In this document: positions 55,580 to 64,000 of the stretch, piece after piece
Layout: each line of letters opens with the position of its first letter
How positions within the stretch are numbered: the first letter of the stretch is position 1
NCBI GenBank assembly: GCA_004764695.1
Contig: SMSO01000032.1
Span: forward strand, 5,054,483-5,118,482
From: Schizochytrium sp. TIO01
Lineage: Eukaryota; Protista; Bigyra: Labyrinthulomycetes
DNA: 64,000 nt
Direction of reading: 5' to 3'
Translations under genes and position numbers: made by a program
Notes under the pieces: model-generated
Databases searched by the model: none
What the model was told of the DNA's origin: nothing
The model's input: only the letters and a program-made list of their open reading frames with translations

Positions 55580-57324
55580 TTTGCCAGATAATTTTGTACT
55601 TGTCCCGCTATACTAAATCGAGAAACAACTACCCGTGCTACAACCGAATGACAGTCCCCGAGGCGCCAAGCCAGGAGACCCTTTTGCAGAAATCAAGCAA
55701 GGATGTTAAATTGCGTCTACTGTTGATCAAAGCTATTTCGGTGTAGCGTGATATTGTTCCTTTCTAAAGCAGCGACGGTGGTTGAGCTGGGAGCCCTCGT
55801 CCAAGTCGCCCTCAAACTGCAGCAAAGTCGGTCTACTCTGCCGCAGCTGTCGCCCTTTCCTAGCGACTTCAGGAAGCCTAACTCGTGGCGTCCCGCAGGC
55901 CTCTCCGCTCGCGCAAGCAGCGGCGAAGAGAGCACACGCGTGGAGATCGACCCTCGCGAACTCCGTTTTGCTTTTTGGTGACCACAATGATCGCCAAAAA
56001 ACATTTTTTTTTAATAAAGAAGAATAAAAACATCTTTTCTCACGAAAAGGAAAAGGGATCGAAAGAACTTGAAATAACAAGAAAAGAAAGATAAATCAAT
56101 TCTTTTGCACGAATTAGCGACGTTTCAACCCATTAGAAGTTCCTAACACATCACTATCTGATGAACTGATTTTGAAACAACAATTTGTTTTCTTCTCTTT
56201 TCCTGAATCAGTGAAAGAGGCGGTTGGTGGGGGTACGTTGGGACTTAAATAATCGTTAAGTGATTTTCAAACATTATGATTAATAGGATATAAATCAAAG
56301 AGGTGCGCAGATTACCCCCCTCCCTTCATGCGAAAGACATTCATTATTATACCTTTCTTCGTAAAAATTTATAAAATAAAATTCCATTTTACTTAACCAC
56401 CGACGTCAGTTTGACATCCATATCGATGAGAACCATCGTAGAACTAGAGAATAAACGCCTCAGTCATTTGCTTGACTTGGCCAGAAAACAGAGGTACGGG
56501 GTGAGAGCTTTATAGATTTGCTGGGCGAAGCGACCAAGTATTGCTCGGAATGCTAGTCAATGCAGTTTGTTTCACTTCTTCGAGCTTTGGATAAATCAAT
56601 GACGAGAAATAAGTAAATGAATAAATATCACAACCACCGGCAATGACCTCAGTAACCATAAACGCGATGGATACATTCATTCTCCATTTCAAGGTTGACT
56701 ATTGCGCTAATGTAAAACCGTCGCTGGGTTCGATATGGGCCGAGACGCTCATGTGTGTGAATAAGTCTCATGAATGTGTCTGGATAGAATTAGGCTCGGC
56801 AGTTAGTGCCTTAAGTACTTGTGGGCGTTATCTTAGCGATCTTTAAGTTCATGATGAATTGAATTCACGGCGTGTTCATAATTGCAGAGAATTGGGACAT
56901 AGAAGCCAGCTGAGACTTTCTGTGTGCCCCGTAAACGGTGGCACTATTGAGGTCATGTCTCTCTCACTAGTAAGCATCAATCCTTTTACCTGGGTGAAAA
57001 TGCAAGTCATGGAGATTCTTCTCAGCACTAGTAGATACCCATGTGCTAGATAAACCTCATCGTACGCCGGCAAAGGCTTTGTTAAATGTGGCAAGGGTAA
57101 AAAAAGAAGAAGGAAATCAGAACATCAATTCCATTTTGACTAGACTAGCGACTCATTTGACATTAAAAGCTGATGATAACAGCAAAAGATGAGCAGTGCC
57201 CCTGAGCAAAAGAAACGGTTGGTTTGAGAAAGCTCGTTTGTTGGGTCTACTCTGACAAAACAACGAAAAGAGGCGCGGACCAAATAATATAGAGCCAACC
57301 TTAAAGAACAAGAACAGGAACAGA

Positions 57325-59718
57325 TTAGGTATTCTTAACCTCATCGTTTGCTACATCTTTAGGGCTAGAGGTAGCAGCTTGGGTTTCCTTCTTGGGAGAC
57401 GTGGCAACTTTCGCAGGTTCTTCAGACTTTGAAGTCTTGCTATGGAAGCAGGTCCAGGAAAACCCATCAACAGAGCGTTGCGTCAACAACAAGGGATCTG
57501 ACTCAGGGAAGAGCAAGTCAGCCTCTGGTGCGTTATCCTGGGTTGAATCCTTGAGTTCCATGAAGTGGTAAGAGTCCTGAGCACGCTGTGCACGGAGTGC
57601 TACCTTGGGGGGCCACTTCAGGGAAATGCCCTTGCAGTTGAACCTATCATCACGGAATGCATGGAAGAAAATCTGGTGCTGTTCCTTCCATTCCAGGAAG
57701 GTGGAGTCACTAAAGATACTATAGAAATGATCGCGCATGAAGTCATTACTCACAAACGGCACTCCAAGGCGAAGAGCAGCGTAGGCCCAGTAAAGATCGT
57801 CATTGCCGTTGTAAACAAGCTGCATTGTGCAATCAGTCCGCTTCATGAGCGCGTCATAGGCGGCCTTGTTGATCGGGTCCCTTGTATCTGACTTGCGATG
57901 AAGCACGTGCATAATGATGAGTTTGTGCATCTTAGGGTCCAACTCGTCGATAATTTGCAGGAGTTGAGGAAAGGACCAGCCACCATCCTGGAAGTTCTGC
58001 TTGTAGTAGGCAATGTTCGCAGCATCGAGAATGACATCGACCTTGCCTTCAAGGTTGTCCAAATTGTCCATATAGGTTTGGACCATCTGTTGGCCACTTG
58101 CAGTTTTAGTGCCTTGTACAGTGCGAAAGAGCAGATCGTGAAGCTCCTTTGTGAATCTCGGCAAGTGTTTATCAAAATACTCCGAGGTGACGAGTTTGCT
58201 ACCACAGGCTGTACAAGTGCGGGCCTCGCTATCGATTTGCGCGTCATCAGTGATTTTCCACTCACCTTCAAGCTGGCAACGTTTGCGGATGAGCTCTTGG
58301 AAAGCAAGAGAAGGACGACGGATAAGGTCGAGACTGTGATCCACGATCTTGTTAAAGAGATCTAATGCATTGCCAGCCAAGGTTCCGTCGTCCTTGGACT
58401 TTGCAGTTTCGGCAATCCTAATTGCTGCCTTGAGGCACATTACAAAGTGCTCCTCTTCAGGTTCCTCGCTACCAGACTGCTTAGTCTCCGCAAACGCTTT
58501 CCTGAGGCCCTCAAGCACAATGTCAAGGATCTCAAGATCCTTGGTAGTGGCTGCATTCTCCGTGAGGTACTTCAGAAGTCCGGTGTAGGTGCGAGTACGG
58601 ATCTGCACGTCGTTCTCGCGCATTTTCTGGAGGTACTCTAAAGAACGGTCAATGTCTCCTTTGCCTCCGAGCCAGGTTACAACGTTAGACCATGTAGATT
58701 CGTCAGCAGGAAACTTTTTGTTCGTGCTGAGAAGAAGTCCGCTGCTGAGGAATTCCTCCATGAGGTCATCCCTTGAGTCAAGCGTGAGCAAGCGAACGAT
58801 GCCCGCGCGAAATTTGGGCTCCTTCATAACCTGATCGCGATTAGCTTTGAACCATCTGCCAAAGACTTCAACATCTTGGCTGCGTTGAAGCATCTGGTGC
58901 TCCATGGTGAGCAGAATCTCCTTGCCAAGTGCCACATTCTCCTCATTGCCATTAAGCAAGTTCACCAGCCGGCTATACTTAACAGGTCGCATGTAAGATT
59001 CTACATCGGTGTACTGGCTCAAAGACTTCCCATCTGGAGGCACGTTTGCCTTACGGTTCTCCTCCTCGAGCTGCAGTCTATTAGTTTCAGATTTCTTGCC
59101 CTTGCCCTCATTCTGCTCCTGTACGCATTGGCGCTTATTGCCTTTACGTACGTAGTCCTGCTGCTGCTGCATATCGTTGTCGTTATAGCCGCCAAAGCTT
59201 TCCTCTGATGTACTGTTGCTGTAGTTGTTATTATTGTTCAGCACTGCAGCAGCGACCGTATTATCGACCTGGTTCCTGTTGAAGTTTTTATTGTAGTTGT
59301 TGGCGCTGTTGCCAAAGTTATTGCCACCCTGACGGCTCTGCTGGTTCTGCTGGTCTCGCTGGTTCTTTCCGCGACCTTTGTTTTGACCTGCGTTAAAGTT
59401 CTTTCCGTGGAGGGGCAGACTTCTGTCGTTTCTGGCGCCCTTCGTGCGCTGTTTGTGCTTATACTTGGCCTGCGTCTGTTGCGAGTTCTTATGAACCTTG
59501 TTGCTGTTGTTGTTGTTGTTGTTGTTGTTGCTTCTATCTCTGTTGTTATCGTTGCTGTTCCTGTCTTTGGGAGACCTTGTTGTGGCCAACGATCGCCCGA
59601 GCAGCAGCAGCGCCCTCGAGTCCTGCGGCGCAGAGCGCAGTGGGATCGCGGAGGCCGGCGGAGCCGCGAGGGGGAGCGCTGCGCGGGCCAGGGAGAGTTT
59701 GCGGAATGCCGCACGCAT
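57325..59718 (-). CDS. PRORP: Protein-only RNase P (PPR, zinc site, NYN metallonuclease), likely mitochondrial
   Basis: Arg/Ala-rich transit-peptide-like N-terminus, PPR-like repeats (STWSNVV, RTYTGLL), CTAC zinc ligands, and NYN motifs ILDAANIAYYKQNF, NDDLYWAYAA and VSNDFMRDH. Confidence 0.93.
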   Translation of the reverse strand: MRAAFRKLSLARAALPLAAPPASAIPLRSAPQDSRALLLLGRSLATTRSPKDRNSNDNNRDRSNNNNNNNNSNKVHKNSQQTQAKYKHKQRTKGARNDRSLPLHGKNFNAGQNKGRGKNQRDQQNQQSRQGGNNFGNSANNYNKNFNRNQVDNTVAAAVLNNNNNYSNSTSEESFGGYNDNDMQQQQDYVRKGNKRQCVQEQNEGKGKKSETNRLQLEEENRKANVPPDGKSLSQYTDVESYMRPVKYSRLVNLLNGNEENVALGKEILLTMEHQMLQRSQDVEVFGRWFKANRDQVMKEPKFRAGIVRLLTLDSRDDLMEEFLSSGLLLSTNKKFPADESTWSNVVTWLGGKGDIDRSLEYLQKMRENDVQIRTRTYTGLLKYLTENAATTKDLEILDIVLEGLRKAFAETKQSGSEEPEEEHFVMCLKAAIRIAETAKSKDDGTLAGNALDLFNKIVDHSLDLIRRPSLAFQELIRKRCQLEGEWKITDDAQIDSEARTCTACGSKLVTSEYFDKHLPRFTKELHDLLFRTVQGTKTASGQQMVQTYMDNLDNLEGKVDVILDAANIAYYKQNFQDGGWSFPQLLQIIDELDPKMHKLIIMHVLHRKSDTRDPINKAAYDALMKRTDCTMQLVYNGNDDLYWAYAALRLGVPFVSNDFMRDHFYSIFSDSTFLEWKEQHQIFFHAFRDDRFNCKGISLKWPPKVALRAQRAQDSYHFMELKDSTQDNAPEADLLFPESDPLLLTQRSVDGFSWTCFHSKTSKSEEPAKVATSPKKETQAATSSPKDVANDEVKNT

Positions 59719-60595
59719 ACGAGTTCACTTCAATCTCGCGGTTCTGCTGCTCCTGCACGACGCAGGTTGAGCACCGGGATGGTGGTGGAGATGACGATGC
59801 AGACCAAAAGCAAAACCAATGAAGACAGGAAAGAAATAAATTGGAACGAAAGAACTCACGCAAGTACAACAAACTGATCATATACAGTAGAACAAACCAA
59901 ACTAAGTAGAGTATTCCTCTGCGGAAATAAAGCAAATCACACTGCCGTATCAGAAAGAGTCCTCCTTTTCTTATTAACAAATTGCATATAATGCGCATCT
60001 AAGCAACTCGAAGGGTGGTCGAGAAGACAGGCGTGAAAGGGGGAATAGAACGGAGTAGAACACGCTTCACAACCAAAAGACTGAAGAAGCGAAGAAAGGA
60101 CAGAACAAATAAGAACGAACTTTGCACCCAACGATACTGCTTTGAGACTATCTCCCCATACAATCTGAATGTAAATCTATCTAACTAGTATTATTATATT
60201 GATAATATATAAGAAGCACTAGTTTCTCACTAACTAGTTCTATAGCAAAACCTGTCTAAGCAGCCCTGGGAAAGGAAGCTAAGGGATAGCAGGGTTACTT
60301 TATAACCCTTTAATACTCCGGTATTAGTTTAAAGCATAATAAAGTACCAAATTAGTACACGAATAATGCTTATGTACCCCCCGGATAAACTAAGGGTTCT
60401 TCCTGCCTCAACGTTCGAAAGGAGAGCAGGGTCTGGCCAGAACAACGCAATTTCATCGATAGTAGTACTATAATCAAAACGTCTTTCTAGCAGTGGTCCG
60501 TTCGTCCTGTGCAAAGAAGGCCTCCGCGAGCGAGGCGGAGTCTGAGGCGGCCGTGTGAGGCATATTCAGGCGTTCCACACGAGCTCTTTGGCACG

Positions 60596-63352
60596 ATGGA
60601 TCCCGTTGTTGCTCGGTTCCAACGCGACTTGAACTGTCTAAGTGAAGATGACAGAACCACACGTACAAATGCGCTCAAGAGGCTAAACGAGGCCGCCTTC
60701 GGGCGGCGGACTGCCGACGAACTAGAGGTGGACGGCGCACGGGACACTCTTTTGCAGCATGGTCTCCTCCAGGCCCTTGCTGGCCGTATCTCTGACCCTG
60801 CTGAGAAATGCCGCGAGTTGAGCATCGCCATGCTTACTCAGTTCATCCTGGACGACGCTACTTCTCGAACCTCGTCCTCTCCTGCTAAAGGCCACGCTCT
60901 TTCACCCGCCACAGTGGACTCGCTAGCCTCTGTGGCCATTGAGAGCATGCAGCCAAGACTTTGCGAAATACCCTTCCCCGAATCTTCCGAGGAGATCCGT
61001 CTTGCTCTCATCGAGCTTCTGTCTGTTCTCCTGGACCACACTTCGGCACACAAGGCCCTGGAGAGGAATTTCGCTGGCGTCTGCAAGGTGCTCACGAAAG
61101 CGTCCACAGATACCTTCCCTGATAGCAAAAAGGTTTGCGCCTTATGTGTAGTGAAGGTTTGCACTGGGTTCGGGGACATTGCACACCGGGAGTTCGAGAC
61201 GATGCTGGACGCGATGGCGAGCAACTTGATGCATCAGCACGCCAAGGTCAGGCAGGCAAGTCTAGAGGCGATCAAGGCGCTGGTGGTCGCGTGCGCAGGA
61301 AAGTCAGCAAACATTGAGGAGGTCATGCGAGAAAAGGTAGTACCGGCGATTAGGAATGTGAACCATGATAGGGCATCGGCGGTTCGCATTCGTGGCATTG
61401 AGCTCATTAGTGAACTCCTGCGCACGATGGCCAACTCGGGGACTTATATGAAAGATCTGCTGCCTATTCTCATCTTTGGCCTTGCGGACCAGGCGAAGCA
61501 GATTCAGGATATGACACTTGAGGTCATTGAAAAATTAGGACAAACATTGGTCCCCGAACCTACTGCGAATGAGACTAGCGACGCATCAGGGGAGATATCG
61601 ACAATGCTCCCCGAACCGTTCACAAAACGCCCTGGAGCAGGAGCTCGCCAGCTCGTTGTAAACATTTTGCCTTCAGCTCTACCGAAGTTGTTGCAAGAGG
61701 CCAGAGACTGGACTGCGCAGGAGCGCTTCCGCGCCGTGGCCTTGCTCCGTTGCTTTATCATCTTTGCGGAAGACGCGATTGAGGCTTATTTGAGAGATGT
61801 TTGTGAAACTCTTTACATTGCAAGCATGGATGACGAACAGACTGTTCGGGATACAGCTACAGATAGCGCTCGACTCCTTGGACAATACTGTGATACCAAA
61901 AAACTACTCGACCTCATGTTGCCGGCTTGCTTGGGCCATAAGGCGCCCCTTGCAAATGATGCAAACAATGGAAATGTCAGCGTCCCTGAAGAAACGTCTA
62001 GTCGTCGTCTCGGAGCGCTGGCCTGCCTTGCAGGCGCTACTGCCGGTCTCCAAACTCAGAGCCAGATTAACGAACACATGGCTCGCATTGCGCTCACTCT
62101 CAATAACCCTTCACTTGAGCAGGCGGCTTCCACAGAATCCGCGATCCAAGCTCATGTTCTCCATGCACTCTCCAGTCTTCTAGAACGTGCTTACGGGTTA
62201 CAAGCGGAGGGAAAGCTTGATTCTCTCAGTCTTGAGACAACATGTAACATTCTACGAGCGCTCTTTATCCTGCTGACGAGTCCTGGAGATGAAGACCTTG
62301 CAAACGGCGCGGAAGAGTCCCTTGTTCTTGCTGCAGCTTGCGGTGGTTTTTTTCAGCAGGTGGTCATGGAAGACAGTGGTGAACAAGAAGCTGTTCCAAG
62401 TGTTTCCACAATGGTCGAGGCATGCAGCTCGAAGCTGTTGCCAGTAGATACTACAAAATGTGAATCGTGGTCCAAGTATACAGCTGATCGTAGAGTTTTC
62501 GACCAGACTGTGAGGCGTGCAGGTGTTGCTGGGCTGGACCGTCAGAGTCAGCTGAAAAAGGCCGTGCAGGTGCTTGTGGTTACCACTCCAGCAGACCGTG
62601 ACGCTGACTTGCGCCTTTGCATGTTGTCATTGCTTGAGTCTATGATCGGTTCTTACGATGATGCCCAGCAACACATGGAGTGTGATAAGGAGAACCGTGG
62701 ACCTTTGGATGCCTTCGCACCCACCCTTGTAGATAAGGTTTTGGTTCCAAACCTTGTGTGGCGCGCAGGACGTGTACCTTCCACCATTCGCAAAATTAGT
62801 ATGTATTGTCTGTCGCGCCTTGCAGCTGTGACCAGCGCTTCCCAAGCGCAGTGGTTCAGTCAGGAGCTCGAGAAAATTTTCCCTACACTGAAAGCTTGCC
62901 TTGATGATCTGGAGACGGATACCCGACGTTTCACTTGCATGGCTCTTCGAGATATTTACGGTCTCCTCGGAGCCCATGGTATGACCTTGGAGCGGATGGT
63001 TGTTATGGATGGTTACCATGACATAATTAAGCGTCTGGACGACGCAGACGATCGCGTTCGTATCGTAGCATGCGAAGCACTCGTCAATATGATTCAAATT
63101 AGCCCCACAGATGCCTTGAAAGGAACAGCAGCAGAATACATTGTGGATACCGCATATATCCACATGGATGACGCTCAGACGACTGTGCAGACTTCCGTTT
63201 ATTCTATTGTCGAAGCTCTCATTCGCCGGGGCGTGGATGTGGGTAAAATTGCATCCAAAGCCGGGGACCACCGTGCCCGCCACCGCAGTCCGGAGCTCTG
63301 TGACCGTGTCATTGCGCTCTGCCAAGAGATGGACTCTTCGGCATCTGCTTGA
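60596..63352 (+). CDS. DNAAF5: Dynein axonemal assembly factor 5 (HEATR2)
   Basis: HEAT-repeat protein with RDLNCLSEDDRTTR, DPAEKCRE, ESSEEIRL, HQHAKVR, DRASAVR, DWTAQER, LVWRAGR and IKRLDDADD.VR. Confidence 0.88.
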   Translation: MDPVVARFQRDLNCLSEDDRTTRTNALKRLNEAAFGRRTADELEVDGARDTLLQHGLLQALAGRISDPAEKCRELSIAMLTQFILDDATSRTSSSPAKGHALSPATVDSLASVAIESMQPRLCEIPFPESSEEIRLALIELLSVLLDHTSAHKALERNFAGVCKVLTKASTDTFPDSKKVCALCVVKVCTGFGDIAHREFETMLDAMASNLMHQHAKVRQASLEAIKALVVACAGKSANIEEVMREKVVPAIRNVNHDRASAVRIRGIELISELLRTMANSGTYMKDLLPILIFGLADQAKQIQDMTLEVIEKLGQTLVPEPTANETSDASGEISTMLPEPFTKRPGAGARQLVVNILPSALPKLLQEARDWTAQERFRAVALLRCFIIFAEDAIEAYLRDVCETLYIASMDDEQTVRDTATDSARLLGQYCDTKKLLDLMLPACLGHKAPLANDANNGNVSVPEETSSRRLGALACLAGATAGLQTQSQINEHMARIALTLNNPSLEQAASTESAIQAHVLHALSSLLERAYGLQAEGKLDSLSLETTCNILRALFILLTSPGDEDLANGAEESLVLAAACGGFFQQVVMEDSGEQEAVPSVSTMVEACSSKLLPVDTTKCESWSKYTADRRVFDQTVRRAGVAGLDRQSQLKKAVQVLVVTTPADRDADLRLCMLSLLESMIGSYDDAQQHMECDKENRGPLDAFAPTLVDKVLVPNLVWRAGRVPSTIRKISMYCLSRLAAVTSASQAQWFSQELEKIFPTLKACLDDLETDTRRFTCMALRDIYGLLGAHGMTLERMVVMDGYHDIIKRLDDADDRVRIVACEALVNMIQISPTDALKGTAAEYIVDTAYIHMDDAQTTVQTSVYSIVEALIRRGVDVGKIASKAGDHRARHRSPELCDRVIALCQEMDSSASA

Positions 63353-63811
63353 AAAGAAATCATCTAATTAAACGCTAAACTCATTTTTTTTTTTTAATTG
63401 CTAAGCTTTGCTTTCCTGCCGTTTTCTGTGTGTCAGAAGTTCTGAAGCCGGAATTAGCATGGTATATTCATTGTATACTGAAATAGCTGGTTTCATCTCT
63501 GTGCTTGGTCAAGCACAGAGATAGAATGATTAAATCAATTTGACCAGCCTCCTATTGTTCTTTTCAAATTCGGTCTCTTCGTTGTTAATTGTGGGAGTTC
63601 AGCTGTTTAGAATTTGCAGAAAACGATCAGCGTTGTGGCATAAAAACTTGATGGAATCTTAATTATTTGTTTACTATTTTCTATAAACGAAGCAGGGTTT
63701 TAGACAATACAGTGAGTAGGTAAAATAATGCAAGGGCTGTTCTGAACAAGAACAGCGATTATTCTGTAATACGAAAGCGTTAACAGATTGATCAACAGGT
63801 TTCGCGCCTAT

Positions 63812-64000
63812 CTAGTGGCTGCGAAAACGGGCAAGCCCGTTTTCGGCAAGCTCCTCCTCGTAAGCTTTTTCCTCAGCCGCGTAAAGTGCCTGAAGCCGAG
63901 CTCGTCGTGCACGGACTAAGTTCTCGCTTTCGAATCGAAGTTCTGCTTCACAGGCCTGCTCAAGACGTGCATCTGCCTCACGGTTTGTTGACTGCTGGTG
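63812..64000 (-). CDS. 3' end of a CFAP141 (C1orf189)-like ciliary protein, truncated by the window edge
   Basis: Not in the ORF track. The open frame reads ...ELRFESENLVRARRARLQALYAAEEKAYEEELAENGLARFRSH*, matching the R..L..LY..E...YE.EL...GLA pattern. Confidence 0.55.
   Translation of the reverse strand, partial: HQQSTNREADARLEQACEAELRFESENLVRARRARLQALYAAEEKAYEEELAENGLARFRSH

Noticed and set aside
63822-63845. Hairpin CGAAAACGGGC-AA-GCCCGTTTTCG resembling a rho-independent terminator
   Set aside because: It lies inside a eukaryotic coding frame, so a bacterial terminator is not applicable.
1-64000. tRNA, rRNA and snRNA genes
   Set aside because: None recognised by eye. A covariance-model scan (tRNAscan-SE, Infernal/Rfam) would be needed to exclude them.

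Overview
Eukaryotic, intron-poor nuclear DNA. Long single-exon genes, a few GT-AG introns, microsatellite-rich spacers and flagellar genes fit a flagellated protist such as a thraustochytrid; the taxon is my inference. Housekeeping genes include PP2A B55, IFRD, ZW10, TTC1, STE24, a Hook-like protein, PRORP, DNAAF5 and a CFAP141-like 3' end. The main find is an IS607-family element at about 22.6-24.75 kb. It encodes an apparently intact Fanzor2/TnpB-like RNA-guided nuclease with the rearranged RuvC D-E-D triad and a zinc finger. Its N-terminal extension is overprinted on an IS607 TnpA serine recombinase that is broken by one in-frame stop and lacks an in-frame ATG. A three-stem structured 3' region (candidate omegaRNA) and 9-bp tandem end repeats follow it. 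Also notable: a Crinkler-like P-loop NTPase gene split by an exact 16-bp tandem duplication, a bacterial-type MMPL/RND transporter, a degenerate ALG8 paralog with a large insertion, a divergent macrodomain protein, and a LamG/cadherin-like-TM-WW receptor. All family calls come from motif recognition by eye, not from database searches.
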